A stretch of 64,000 nucleotides of DNA from an uncultured Acidobacteriota bacterium (GTDB lineage: Bacteria > Acidobacteriota > Thermoanaerobaculia > UBA5066 > Gp7-AA6), in assembly GCA_963764715.1 (NCBI GenBank), contig CAVXTP010000022.1:480001-544000 (forward strand). The letters run 5' to 3'. The notes beneath the pieces are model-generated. The model made no database searches and was not told the DNA's origin. It was given only the letters and a program-made list of their open reading frames with translations. A program made the position numbers and the translations under genes. Shown piece after piece: positions 28,670-38,413 of the stretch (its first letter is position 1; the number at the start of each line of letters is the position of its first letter).

Positions 28670-29116
28670 ATGAAGCGCGTCGACGCCCTCCTCGGCGACT
28701 ACGCCTCGAGCCACCGGACTCGCGGGAACCTCGCCTGTCACGCGGCGGGCATCACGCTGATCGTCTTCGGCGTCTTCTCGCTCCTCGGCACGGTTCCCCT
28801 CGGCCGGGGCTGGACCGCGAGCGAGGCGCTCATCGGCCTCGCGTTCTTGGCGTACGCCGCCCTCGACCTGCCGCTCGCCCTCGGGGTCCTCGGGTTCGCC
28901 GCCGTGCTCGACCTCGCGGCGCGGTCGATCGGCGACTGGCGCGCCGGGGCGTGCGCCTTCGCCGCGGGGTGGATCTTCCAGGCGGTCGGCCACGCGGTGT
29001 ACGAGAAGAACAAGCCGGCCTTCTTCCGGAACCTCGTTCATCTGCTGGTCGGCCCGGCCTATCTCGTCGCGGAGGCCCTCGGCCTGCGGCGCCGCGCCGC
29101 GGGACCGCGCGCCTGA
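28670..29116 (+). CDS. DUF962/Mpo1-like membrane protein
   Basis: YASSH...N..CH and GWIFQAVGHAVYEKNKPAF motifs. Confidence 0.85.
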   Translation: MKRVDALLGDYASSHRTRGNLACHAAGITLIVFGVFSLLGTVPLGRGWTASEALIGLAFLAYAALDLPLALGVLGFAAVLDLAARSIGDWRAGACAFAAGWIFQAVGHAVYEKNKPAFFRNLVHLLVGPAYLVAEALGLRRRAAGPRA

Positions 29117-29120
29117 CCGT

Positions 29121-29432
29121 TCAGCAGAACGTCGTCATCACGGCGTCGGGATGCTCGAGGCGGAAGCCGTCGCCCGCGGGGTCCGGATCGACCTCGAGGA
29201 CCGCGCCCTGGAGCCTCCGGAACGCGTGCTCGTCCATGACGACCGGGATGCCCGACGCCGTGAAGCGGTGGCCCTCGTCCGGAACGTTTTCCTCGACCGA
29301 GATCCGGAACCCGGACCCGCCGCAGCCGAGCATGTGGCGGACGCAGAGGACCGCGCGCGAGAAGTCCGCCTCGCCCCGCAGCCGCTCCGCGGCCTCCGGG
29401 GTGATCGTCAGGGGAACGCCGTCGCCGGACAT
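29121..29432 (-). CDS. IscA/HesB-family Fe-S assembly accessory protein (divergent)
   Basis: LTITPEAAERL, GCGGSG and LQGAVLEVD motifs; ends in a single Cys. Confidence 0.75.
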   Translation of the reverse strand: MSGDGVPLTITPEAAERLRGEADFSRAVLCVRHMLGCGGSGFRISVEENVPDEGHRFTASGIPVVMDEHAFRRLQGAVLEVDPDPAGDGFRLEHPDAVMTTFC

Positions 29433-29446
29433 AGGATGATTCTATG
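29430..29446. promoter_or_regulatory. Near-palindromic bidirectional leaderless promoter
   Basis: CAT-AGGATGATTCT-ATG reads TAGGAT-N6-ATG on plus and TAGAAT-N6-ATG on minus. Confidence 0.65.
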
Positions 29447-30247
29447 AGCAAGCGGCCGCCGACCGCCGTGTCGATCGCCACGTCCGACTCCGGAGGCGGG
29501 GCGGGGATCCAGGCGGACCTGCTGACGTTCGCGGCGCACGGCGTCTACGGCGCCACCGTGCTCGCCGCCGGCACCGCGCAGAGCACGCGGGGCGTCACGG
29601 GGATCGAGACGTTCTCGGCGCGCTTCCTGACGCGCCAGCTCGACGCGGTCTTCTCCGACCTGCGCCCGCGCGCCGTCAAGATCGGGATGCTCTTCGACGC
29701 GCCGCGCATCCGGGCCGTGGCCCGCGGGCTCGCCCGCCATGGCGCCGTCAACGTCGTGCTCGATCCCGTCATGGTCTCGAAGAGCGGCGCCCGCCTGCTC
29801 GCCCGCCCCGCGGTCGCGAGCCTCGAGCGGGACCTGCTCCCGCTCTGCGACCTCGTGACGCCGAACCTTCCGGAGGCGGCCGCCCTGACGGGACTCCGCG
29901 TGTCCTCGCCCGCCGAGCGGCGGGTCGCCGCGGGAGCGATCGCGGCCCTGGGCGCCCGGACGGTCCTGATCAAGGGGGGGCACGGCCGGGGAAACGAGGT
30001 CCGCGATCTCTTCTTCGACGGGCGTTTCTTCACGGAGTTCGTGTCGCCGCGCATCCGGACCCGCGCCACCCACGGGACCGGATGCACGCTCTCGTCTGCG
30101 ATCGCGGCGAACCTCGCCCTCGGCCGGCCGCTCGAGGACGCGATCCTCCGGGCCATCCACTACCTGCGGGCGGGGCTGGCGCGCGGCCTCTTTCCCGGCG
30201 GCGGGTTCGGCGTTCCCGATCACTTCCCTCCGCGTCCCTGGAAGTGA
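29444..30247 (+). CDS. thiD: Hydroxymethylpyrimidine/phosphomethylpyrimidine kinase
   Basis: SDSGGGAGIQADL, KIGML, DPVM, TPNLPEA and THGTGCTLSSA motifs. Confidence 0.95.
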   Translation: MSKRPPTAVSIATSDSGGGAGIQADLLTFAAHGVYGATVLAAGTAQSTRGVTGIETFSARFLTRQLDAVFSDLRPRAVKIGMLFDAPRIRAVARGLARHGAVNVVLDPVMVSKSGARLLARPAVASLERDLLPLCDLVTPNLPEAAALTGLRVSSPAERRVAAGAIAALGARTVLIKGGHGRGNEVRDLFFDGRFFTEFVSPRIRTRATHGTGCTLSSAIAANLALGRPLEDAILRAIHYLRAGLARGLFPGGGFGVPDHFPPRPWK

Positions 30248-30272
30248 GGCGGGGCGGCGAACCGCCCCCGCC
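30248..30272. terminator. GC hairpin between convergent genes
   Basis: GGCGGGGCGG-CGAA-CCGCCCCCGCC; no clear U-tract. Confidence 0.4.
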
Positions 30273-30277
30273 GCGGG

Positions 30278-30700
30278 CTACCTGATGTAGTAGCCCGAGA
30301 CCCTCCAGGTCCCGTCGGGGTCCTTCATCGGCGTCACCGTCTCGGTCATCCCCTTGCGCTTCTCGAAGTCGGTGGCGTACTGGAGGACGACGTACTCCCC
30401 CGCCGGCGCACCCGGAAGCTGCGTCGCAGGCTGGCTCGACGCGAGACTTCGCGAAACGACGCGGCCGAGGGGAGCGCGGGCCTTCTCGAGCGCCGCCTCC
30501 CACTGCGGCTTCGTCAGGGACTTGCGGAAGAGCGCCGCCGAGGCGTCCCAGCTTGCGCCGTACCGGCCGGCGTCGACGATCGCGAGCCAGGTCCGGGACG
30601 CCGTTTCGGCGGCCTTCCCCGCGTTCTCACCGCCGGCCGCGCCACCTGCGGCGAGCAGCGCTCCCGCCAGGGCCAGCCCGAGGATCCGCCGCATGCTCAT
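30278..30700 (-). CDS. DUF4019 domain secreted protein
   Basis: WLAIVDAGRY..SW, LPGAPAGEYVVLQY.T.F and DGTWRVSGYYIR motifs. Confidence 0.85.
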   Translation of the reverse strand: MSMRRILGLALAGALLAAGGAAGGENAGKAAETASRTWLAIVDAGRYGASWDASAALFRKSLTKPQWEAALEKARAPLGRVVSRSLASSQPATQLPGAPAGEYVVLQYATDFEKRKGMTETVTPMKDPDGTWRVSGYYIR

Positions 30701-32463
30701 TCCCACAGGGGGAACCCGTACCCGAGTGCCGTGTACGCCGTCTCGGAGATCGCGGTTTGCTGGGCGTCCCGGTTCTTGTCCATCTCCTTCAGGTGGCCGA
30801 CCATCCGGTACTTGGCTCCCTGGACGAACGCCTTCGCGAGGCGCACCTCCTCGGCCGCCTTCTCGGCCCCGGAGCGGCCGATCGCCGCGGTCGCACGCGA
30901 GAGAACGGCGAGCGAACCGTACAGGTCGATCGCCACGTTGGCGAGCCGCTCCTGGTGGTACTCCTTCTCGATGACGCCCTTGCCGTACTTCCGCAGCAGC
31001 GTCTCGGCCGCGTTGCCGGCGGCACGGGAGTACTTCGCGACGAAATCGCCTTCCACGGCGAGCTCCGGCGCGAGCTTCGTCAGGCGCCCCGGCACGACGC
31101 CCCGGATCTTGCGCACGGCGTAGTCCGAGAGGATCCCGAGCGAGGAGAGCGGCGCCTTGAGCGCCCGTCCGACCTCCTTCAGGTCCTCGCCCACGTCGCG
31201 CATCCCCGAGAGGGCGACGAGAACGCGGAGGATCTCGTTCGTCCCTTCGAAGATCATGTTGATGCGCGAGTCGCGCAGGGCCTTCTCGTACGGATACTCC
31301 TCCATGAAACCGTTGCCGCCCGCGATCTGGAGGGCGTCGTTGATGTTGGACCAGACGGTCTCCGTGCCGAAGATCTTGCAGCAGGCTCCCTCCAGCGAGT
31401 AGTCCTGGAGCCCGCGGTCGATGAGGCCGGCCGTCAGGTAGACCATGGACTCGAGGGCGTAGGTCGACACGACCATCCGGGCGAACTTGGCCCGGATCAT
31501 CTCGAAGTCCGCGATCCGGGTGCCGAACTGCTTGCGCTGCGTGGCATGGAGCGCCGCTTCGCGGAGCATCGCCTTGCAGCCGCCGATGCATCCCGCCGCG
31601 AGCGACGTGCGTCCGGTGTTGAGGATCTCCACCGCCATCTTGAACCCCTGCCCCCGCTGTCCGAGGACGTTCGAGGCCGGGACGCGGACGTTCTGGAGCT
31701 CGATCGGGACGGTGGAGGAGCCCTTGAGCCCGAGCTTGCGCTCCTCCTTGCCGGGAACGACGCCGCCGAGGTCCTTGGTGACGACGAAGGCCGTGATCCG
31801 CCGGTGCTCGTCCTTCTCGGGAAGGTTCACGTCCTTCGCGAACACCGTGAAGAACTCGGCGAACCCGCCGTTGGAGATCCAGTGCTTGGATCCGTTCAGG
31901 AGAAACGTGTCGGTCTTTTCGTCGTACACGGCGGTCGTGCGGATCGAGGCGGCGTCCGAGCCGGCCTCGGGCTCCGTCAGCGCGAAGGCCGCCAGCATCT
32001 CGCCCGAGGCGAGCTTCGGGAGCCAGCGGCGCTTCTGCTCCTCGGTCCCGTAGAGGATCAGCCCCTTCAGGCCGATGGATTGGTGGCCGCCGACGAGGAT
32101 GCCGAGCGACGCGTCGACCGTGCCGATCTCCTCGGTCACGCGGCAGTAGGCGGCGGAGGAAAAGCCGTAGCCGCCGTACTCCTCCGGGATCGTCATCCCG
32201 AAGGTGCCGAGCTCGGCGAGGCCCTTCACGACCTCCGGCGGGACGCGGTGGTCGCGCTCGATCTCGGCCGGCCGGATGTGGTCCTTCGCGAAGCCGCGGA
32301 AGGACTCGAGGAAGGTCGACACGACCTCCCGCTCCGCGGCGCCGATCTCGGGGAAGGGAAAGACGGTGTCCTCCGGGATCTGACCCGCGAAGAGGGACTT
32401 GACGACCGGCATCAAGCGCGGGTCGGTCACGGTCGCGACGACGCCCGTCAGTCGGCTGCTCAT
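30697..32463 (-). CDS. Acyl-CoA dehydrogenase (VLCAD/ACAD9-like)
   Basis: HQSIG, AFALTEPEAGSDA, NGSKHWISNG and RDSRINMIFEGTNEI motifs. Confidence 0.93.
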   Translation of the reverse strand: MSSRLTGVVATVTDPRLMPVVKSLFAGQIPEDTVFPFPEIGAAEREVVSTFLESFRGFAKDHIRPAEIERDHRVPPEVVKGLAELGTFGMTIPEEYGGYGFSSAAYCRVTEEIGTVDASLGILVGGHQSIGLKGLILYGTEEQKRRWLPKLASGEMLAAFALTEPEAGSDAASIRTTAVYDEKTDTFLLNGSKHWISNGGFAEFFTVFAKDVNLPEKDEHRRITAFVVTKDLGGVVPGKEERKLGLKGSSTVPIELQNVRVPASNVLGQRGQGFKMAVEILNTGRTSLAAGCIGGCKAMLREAALHATQRKQFGTRIADFEMIRAKFARMVVSTYALESMVYLTAGLIDRGLQDYSLEGACCKIFGTETVWSNINDALQIAGGNGFMEEYPYEKALRDSRINMIFEGTNEILRVLVALSGMRDVGEDLKEVGRALKAPLSSLGILSDYAVRKIRGVVPGRLTKLAPELAVEGDFVAKYSRAAGNAAETLLRKYGKGVIEKEYHQERLANVAIDLYGSLAVLSRATAAIGRSGAEKAAEEVRLAKAFVQGAKYRMVGHLKEMDKNRDAQQTAISETAYTALGYGFPLWE

Positions 32464-34619
32464 GGCGTGATCTCCACTGTTTGCGCCGCGTCCGAATAGA
32501 ACCCGCGGCGCGAGTTGGCGAGCTGGCGGATGGTCTCCGAGGGTGCGAAGCGGGGACCCAGGCGTTCGGCGAGGTCGTCGAGACGAGCGAAGACGCGGTG
32601 GGCCCCGAGGGAGTCGGCGTAGCGCAGCAGGCCTCCCCGGAAGGGCGGGAACCCCGTCCCGAAGATCATCGCGAGGTCCAGCCGCGCGGGGTCCCGCACG
32701 ATCTCGTCCTCGAGGCAGAAGGAGGCTTCGTTGATCATGGGGAGCACGAGGCGCGACTCGATGACCTCGGCGGGCAGCGGCGAGCGGTCCCGCCGCGGGG
32801 CGCGCAGGGCCACGTAGGCCTCCGGCGCGGGGGCGACGCGCGTCGTCCCCTCGTAGGAGTAGAAGCCCTTGCCGTTCTTGCGTCCCAGGCGGCCGGCCGC
32901 GACCAGGGCCTCCTCCCCTCCGAGCTTCATCCGCTCCGGGAAGGCCGTCTGCATGACCTCGCCGGCCTTGGCCGCGACGTCCAACCCGACGTCGTCGAGG
33001 AGCGCCAGGGGCCCGACCGGCATTCCGAAGGCCGTCATCGTCGCGTCCACGTCCTCGATGCGACAGCCGTCGAGCACGAGACGCACGGCTTCCGAGAGGT
33101 AGGGCGCGAGGATCCGGTTGACCAGGAATCCCGGGGCGTCGCGGACGACGACCGGCGTCTTGCCGAGCGTCTTCGCGAGGGCGAAGATCGTCGCCACCGT
33201 CTCGTCCGTCGTGCGCTCTCCCCGGATGACCTCGACGAGCGGCATCCGGTGCACGGGGTTGAAGAAGTGCATCCCGACGACGCGCCCCGGCTCGAGGGCC
33301 CCCGCGGCGATCTCGGTGATCGGCAGCGTCGAGGTGTTCGAGGCGAAGATCGCCGACGCCGGTACCGCGGCCTCCCAGTCCTTCAACACGGCCCGCTTGA
33401 CGGAAAGCTTCTCGACGACCGCCTCGATCGTGACCTCGCAGCGCCGGAAGCCGGAGTAGTCGAGCGTGCCGGAGAGGAGCCCCATCTTCAGGCCCATCTC
33501 GCGCCGCGTCATCCGCCGCTTCTTGACCACCTCGCGCCAGACAGCGGCCGCCGCGGCATAGCCGTGGGCCAGGGCCGCGGCCTCGATGTCCTTCATCCGC
33601 GCCGGAAGGCCCTTGTCGGCCGCGAGCTGCGCGATCCCTCCGCCCATGACCCCCGCCCCGAGGACGCCGACCCGCGTCACCTCGAGCGGCCGCACCGCCG
33701 GATCCGACACCCCGGTCTCCTTCTTGACCTCCTCGGTCAGGAAGAAGATGTTGAGAAGGTTGCGCTGGACCTCGCCCCCGAACACGAACCCGATGTGGCG
33801 CGCCTCGGCCTCCAGCCCCGCAGCGACCGGCTTGCCGAAGCCTTCCTCGATCGCCTCGAGGGCCTCGAGCGGCGCCGGGTAGTGCCCGCCGGTCTGCTTC
33901 ATCACCCCCTCGCGCGCCTTCGCGAAGATCGCCTTGCGCCCGGGGGGCGTCAGCTCGAGGAGGCGCTGCGGGAAGGGACGCGGCCCGCGGCGCGAAGGCG
34001 GTTTTCGTCCGCCGAGCTTCTCCCGGGCGAAGCGCCGGGCCCACGCTTCGAAGATCGCCGCCGGAACGACCTCGTCGGCGAGGCCGATCTTCTTCGCCCT
34101 CCGGCCGTCGAGGGACTTCCCGGTCAGGATCAGGTCGAGCGCGGCCGGAAGCCCGACGACACGCGGCAGCCGCGTGCAGCCTCCCCACGCGGGAAAGATG
34201 CCGAGCCGGACCTCGGGCAGCCCGATCTGGGCCTTCTTCGAATCCGACATCAGCCGGTAGTCGCAGGCGAGCGCGAGCTCCGTGCCGCCGCCGAGGCAGG
34301 CCCCGTCGATCGCCGCGACCGTCGGGTACGGGAGATTGGCGAGCTGCTCGAAGAGGGCCTGGACGCGCTCGACCGCCGTGCGCGCGTCCTCGGGCTTGAT
34401 GCGGGTGAACTCCTTCACGTCCGCCCCGGCGATGAACACGTCCGGCTTGCCGCTCCGGACGAGGAGGCCCCGGATGCGGGCCTCGCGGGCGAGGCGCACG
34501 AGCAGGTCGCCGAGCTCGGCGATGACCTCCGTCGAGAACTTGTTGACCTTCTCGCCCGGCAGGTCGAACGTCAGCACCGCGAGCCCGTCGTCCTCGACCT
34601 TGAGGTCGAAGGCCGTCAT
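32460..34619 (-). CDS. fadJ: Fatty acid oxidation complex alpha subunit (enoyl-CoA hydratase / 3-hydroxyacyl-CoA dehydrogenase)
   Basis: FIAGAD, CLGGGTE, GAGVMGGGIA, SNTS and GMHFFNPV motifs. Confidence 0.9.
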   Translation of the reverse strand: MTAFDLKVEDDGLAVLTFDLPGEKVNKFSTEVIAELGDLLVRLAREARIRGLLVRSGKPDVFIAGADVKEFTRIKPEDARTAVERVQALFEQLANLPYPTVAAIDGACLGGGTELALACDYRLMSDSKKAQIGLPEVRLGIFPAWGGCTRLPRVVGLPAALDLILTGKSLDGRRAKKIGLADEVVPAAIFEAWARRFAREKLGGRKPPSRRGPRPFPQRLLELTPPGRKAIFAKAREGVMKQTGGHYPAPLEALEAIEEGFGKPVAAGLEAEARHIGFVFGGEVQRNLLNIFFLTEEVKKETGVSDPAVRPLEVTRVGVLGAGVMGGGIAQLAADKGLPARMKDIEAAALAHGYAAAAAVWREVVKKRRMTRREMGLKMGLLSGTLDYSGFRRCEVTIEAVVEKLSVKRAVLKDWEAAVPASAIFASNTSTLPITEIAAGALEPGRVVGMHFFNPVHRMPLVEVIRGERTTDETVATIFALAKTLGKTPVVVRDAPGFLVNRILAPYLSEAVRLVLDGCRIEDVDATMTAFGMPVGPLALLDDVGLDVAAKAGEVMQTAFPERMKLGGEEALVAAGRLGRKNGKGFYSYEGTTRVAPAPEAYVALRAPRRDRSPLPAEVIESRLVLPMINEASFCLEDEIVRDPARLDLAMIFGTGFPPFRGGLLRYADSLGAHRVFARLDDLAERLGPRFAPSETIRQLANSRRGFYSDAAQTVEITP

Positions 34620-34640
34620 GGGCGGCCTCCAGGCGAATCG

Positions 34641-34734
34641 GGGCGGGGACAAGCCCCGCCCCCACGACGAGAGGGCTGGACGGTCAGGGGGACTCTCCGG
34701 GCCGGGGTCGTAGGGGCGGCCCTTGTGGCCGCCC
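34641..34734. repeat. Pair of GTAG-family REP palindromes
   Basis: GGGCGGGGACAAGCCCCGCCCCCAC (34641-34665) and GTAGGGGCGGCCCTTGTGGCCGCCC (34710-34734) match the copies at 41418-41469 and 51499. Confidence 0.8.
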
Positions 34735-34746
34735 GATCACCGGGCG

Positions 34747-36027
34747 TCACATCAGCTCCACGACCACCGCGCCGCCCTGTCCCCCGCCGATGCACATCGT
34801 CGCGAGGCCGAACTGGGTCCCCCGCCGCTTCATCTCCTTCAGCAGCGTCGTCACGAGGCGGTTGGCGGAGGATCCGACGGGATGCCCGAGCGCGATCGCG
34901 CCGCCGTTCACGTTGGTCTTCTCCCAGTCGATCTCGCCGATCGGTCCGTCGGTGTGGTACTTCGCGTGCCAGGAGGGCGACGGGAAGACGCGGGCGCAGG
35001 CCAGGACCTGCGCGGCGAACGCCTCGTTGATCTCGACGAGGCCGATGTCCTTCCAGGCGACGCCGGCCCGCTTCAGGGCGAGCGGAGTGGCCACGGCCGG
35101 CCCGAGGCCCATCCGCTCGGGCTCGAGCGCGCAGAACGCGAAGCCCCGGATCCGGCCGAGCGGCGAATACCCGCGCGCGCGGGCCGCCGAGGCGCTCATC
35201 AGAAGCGTCGCCGCGCCGCCGTCGGTGATCTGCGAGGAGTTCCCGGCGGTCACGGTGCCGAATTTCCGGTCGAAGTAGGGCTTGAGCTTCGCGAGGGCCT
35301 CCATCGTCTGGTTCTCGCGCACGCCGTTGTCCTGGACCGAAACGGTCTCGTATTTCGGCGGGACCGGAACGGGGACGATCTCCTCGGCGAGCTTCTTGCG
35401 CGCCATGACGACGCGCTGGTGGGAGCGCAGGGAGAACGCGTCCTGCTCCTCCCGGGTGATCCCGTGCTCCTTGGCGAGCACCTCGGCGGTCTCCCCCATG
35501 TTCAGCCCGCAGACCGCGTCCGTCAGGCCCATCAGGAGGCCGATCTCGGGCTTGAAGTGCCGCGGGCGGAACTTCGCGGCGGCGGCGAGCCGCGCGGACA
35601 GGTCCCGGGCGGCGAAGACCTCGGTGAAGACCTCCTGGCTCTCGTGCGAGTACAGAAGCGGGATGTTGGACATCGACTCGACGCCGCCCGCCAGGATCGC
35701 CTCCGCGTCGCCGCCGGCGATCCGGTAGTGCGCGTCCACGATCGACTGGAGGCCGGAGCCGCAGAGCCGGTTCACGGTGAAGGCCGGAACCCGCCTCGGT
35801 ATCCCGGCCTTCAGCGAGGCGACCCGGGCCACGTTCACGGCGTCGGGCGGCTGGGCGATGTTGCCGAAGATCACCTCGTCGAGGCCCTCGGGGTCGAAAT
35901 CCGTGCGCGCGAGCAGCTCGCCGGCCACGATTCGGCCGAGCTCGTCGGCCGGAACGTCCTTCAGGTCCGTGCCGGCCCGTGCGTACGGCGTGCGAAGCCC
36001 GTCGACGACGACGACGTCACGCGACAT
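34747..36027 (-). CDS. fadI: Acetyl-CoA C-acyltransferase (thiolase)
   Basis: NRLCGSG, NEAFA, GGAIALGHP and CIGGGQG motifs. Confidence 0.9.
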   Translation of the reverse strand: MSRDVVVVDGLRTPYARAGTDLKDVPADELGRIVAGELLARTDFDPEGLDEVIFGNIAQPPDAVNVARVASLKAGIPRRVPAFTVNRLCGSGLQSIVDAHYRIAGGDAEAILAGGVESMSNIPLLYSHESQEVFTEVFAARDLSARLAAAAKFRPRHFKPEIGLLMGLTDAVCGLNMGETAEVLAKEHGITREEQDAFSLRSHQRVVMARKKLAEEIVPVPVPPKYETVSVQDNGVRENQTMEALAKLKPYFDRKFGTVTAGNSSQITDGGAATLLMSASAARARGYSPLGRIRGFAFCALEPERMGLGPAVATPLALKRAGVAWKDIGLVEINEAFAAQVLACARVFPSPSWHAKYHTDGPIGEIDWEKTNVNGGAIALGHPVGSSANRLVTTLLKEMKRRGTQFGLATMCIGGGQGGAVVVELM

Positions 36028-37828
36028 GCGATCGCCCGGCGGCCTCGTACATCCCTTCGATGAGGGAGTGATAGCGGTTCTCGAGGATCCGGCGCTTCAC
36101 CTTCAGGGTCGGGGTGATGGAGCCGTCTTCGATGGTCAGGTCCGACGGAAGGATCGCGAAGGCCCGGATCTGCTCGTGGTGCGGCTTCTCGGCGTTGTAG
36201 GCGTCGATCTCCCGCTGAAAGAGCGCGCGGATCGCGGGGTGCGCGTCGATCGCGTCCCAGCGCACGTCCGTCGCGCCGTTCGCCGACACCCAGTCCCGGA
36301 GCCGGTCGAAGTTGGGAACGATGAGCGCCGCCAGGAACTTCTGCCGGTCCCCCACGACGATCGGCAGGGCCACGTACGGCGACTTCTTCAGCTCGTTCTC
36401 GATCGGCTGCGGAGCGGCCTTCTTTCCGCCGGCCAGCACGATCAGGTCCTTCTTCCGGTCGGTGATCGCGAGGAACCCGTCCGTCAGGTTCCCGATGTCG
36501 CCGGTGTGGAACCAGCCCTCGGCGTCGATCGCCTCGGCGGTCTCCTGGGGCTTGTTGAAGTAGCCCTTCATCACGTGCGGGCCGCGCGTCAGGATCTCGC
36601 CGTCGGCGGCGATCTTCACCTCGACGTCCCGCAGGGCCCGGCCCACGGTCCCCGGGCGCCAGCGGCCCGGGCCGTTCACCGTGATGACGGGCGAGGTCTC
36701 CGTCAGGCCGTACCCCTCGTAGATCGCGACCCCGGCGCCGATGAAGAACTCCGCGAGCTCCTTCGACAGCGGCGCGCCGCCCGAGACGGCGAACCGGAAG
36801 TTCGTCCCGAGCGCGGCGCGGATCTTCTTGAAGACGAGGGCGTCGGCGATCTTCGCCTTGCGGGCGAGGGCCGCCGGCAACGGCTTGCCCTCCGTGACGT
36901 ACGGAACGCGCTCCTTCCCCACCCCAACCGCCCACGCGAAGATCTTCTTCTTGATGGGGCTGCCCGCGTCCGCCCTGGCCATGATCCGCGCGTGGACCTT
37001 TTCGTAGACCCGCGGCACCGCCCCGAAACAGTGCGGGTTGACCTCCGTGAAGTTGGCCGCCAGCTTGTCGATCGATTCGGCGTAGGCGATCGAGGCGGTC
37101 TTGTAGAGGTACGCGTAGTCGAGCATCCGCTCGAAGACGTGGGACAGCGGGAGGAACGAGAGCGCCACCGCGTCGGCGGTGAACGGGATGACCTCGCAGC
37201 CGGTGACGGCGTTCGACGTCAGGTTCCCGTGGGTCAGCATCGAGCCCTTGGGCTCCCCCGTCGTTCCGGAGGTGTAGATGATGGTCGCGACGTCCTCGGG
37301 CCGGACCCGCCCGGCGCGCTGCGCGAAGATGGCCGGGCTCATCTCGAGGGTCGAGCGCCCGCGGTCGACGACCCCGTGGAAGGTCGTGTAGCCGGGCTCT
37401 CCCGGCGGGTTGCCGTCGACGAGGATGACGTGGTCGAGCGCCGGGCACTGTGCCTTGATCGTCAGGATCTTCCCGAGCTGCTCGAGGGTCGACACGACGA
37501 TCGCCTTCGCCCCGCAGTCGTTCAGGAGCGGCGTGATCTGTCCCGCCGGCAGCGTCGGGTAGATCGGCACCGACCAGGCGCCGGCGCAGAGGATCGCGTA
37601 GTCCGCCATGGCCCATTCCGGCCGGTTCTCGGCGAGGATCGCGACGCGGTCTCCGGGCTGCACCCCGAGCCCGTTCAAGCCGAGCGACAGGGCCCGCACG
37701 GTGAACCCGAAGTCGGCCGCCGAGATCGGCTTCCAGACGCCGTCGACCTTGGAGATCAGGAGATTGGGCTTTCCGCTCGCTGCGGCGATCGTGAAGATGT
37801 CGCACAGGGTCCGCGGCTCGTTCGCCAT
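36017..37828 (-). CDS. fadD: Long-chain fatty acid-CoA ligase
   Basis: YTSGTTGEPKG, EGYGLTETSP, WFHTGDIG and TPTLKVKR motifs. Confidence 0.92.
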   Translation of the reverse strand: MANEPRTLCDIFTIAAASGKPNLLISKVDGVWKPISAADFGFTVRALSLGLNGLGVQPGDRVAILAENRPEWAMADYAILCAGAWSVPIYPTLPAGQITPLLNDCGAKAIVVSTLEQLGKILTIKAQCPALDHVILVDGNPPGEPGYTTFHGVVDRGRSTLEMSPAIFAQRAGRVRPEDVATIIYTSGTTGEPKGSMLTHGNLTSNAVTGCEVIPFTADAVALSFLPLSHVFERMLDYAYLYKTASIAYAESIDKLAANFTEVNPHCFGAVPRVYEKVHARIMARADAGSPIKKKIFAWAVGVGKERVPYVTEGKPLPAALARKAKIADALVFKKIRAALGTNFRFAVSGGAPLSKELAEFFIGAGVAIYEGYGLTETSPVITVNGPGRWRPGTVGRALRDVEVKIAADGEILTRGPHVMKGYFNKPQETAEAIDAEGWFHTGDIGNLTDGFLAITDRKKDLIVLAGGKKAAPQPIENELKKSPYVALPIVVGDRQKFLAALIVPNFDRLRDWVSANGATDVRWDAIDAHPAIRALFQREIDAYNAEKPHHEQIRAFAILPSDLTIEDGSITPTLKVKRRILENRYHSLIEGMYEAAGRSHVA

Positions 37829-37897
37829 GCTCCCCCCTCGAACCGATTGTGTCGCGCCCCCCCGGGCCGGTCAACCGCGTTATAGGCTCGGCAGCCG

Positions 37898-38413
37898 ATG
37901 GCGATCGCGCTCCTGGCCGGAACCGTGCTGGCCCTCGCCGGTTTCCTGCTCACTTCGGTGCAGGGGTTCGCACTGACGACCCACCTCGCCGCGAGCCATC
38001 CGGAGGCGCGGCTCCTCGTGACCAAGCACGTGGTCTACGCGATCCCCACCGTGCTCCTTTCGCTCTTTTCGCAATCGATGGTCATCTTCTTCTTCATCGG
38101 GACCGGCCGGCTCGTCAAGGACGAGATCGCGGGCTATCCCGAGCCCCAGCGCCGCGTCGTGCTCGACGCCCTGCGCGACTTCAAGCGGCGGACCTCGCCC
38201 CCCGCCACGTTCGCGCTCCTTTCGGCGATTGCCGTGTTCGTCGTCGGCGGCGCGGCCCACGTCCGGGCCCTGCCCTCCTGGGTCCACCTCGCCGCCTCGC
38301 TCGCGGCCGTCGGCACGCACCTCTGGGCGCTGGGTTCCGAGTGGGACGCGTTCGTCGAGAACGGCCGCCTCATGGCGAATCCCGCGAAGTACCAGCCGCG
38401 GAGCCGGCGGTGA
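37898..38413 (+). CDS. Hypothetical four-TM membrane protein
   Basis: Four hydrophobic segments with His residues; FFIGTGRLVK; TAGGCT upstream of the ATG. Confidence 0.7.
   Translation: MAIALLAGTVLALAGFLLTSVQGFALTTHLAASHPEARLLVTKHVVYAIPTVLLSLFSQSMVIFFFIGTGRLVKDEIAGYPEPQRRVVLDALRDFKRRTSPPATFALLSAIAVFVVGGAAHVRALPSWVHLAASLAAVGTHLWALGSEWDAFVENGRLMANPAKYQPRSRR

Noticed and set aside
29100-29126. TGC-TGA at the end of the HesB-like gene as possible selenocysteine
   Set aside because: Read-through would run into the convergent gene and does not restore the CGxSF tail; no convincing SECIS hairpin seen.
30697-34665. Apparent 1322-aa acyl-CoA dehydrogenase fusion
   Set aside because: The N-terminal part is an off-frame read of fadJ; the real gene starts at the ATGA overlap at 32463.
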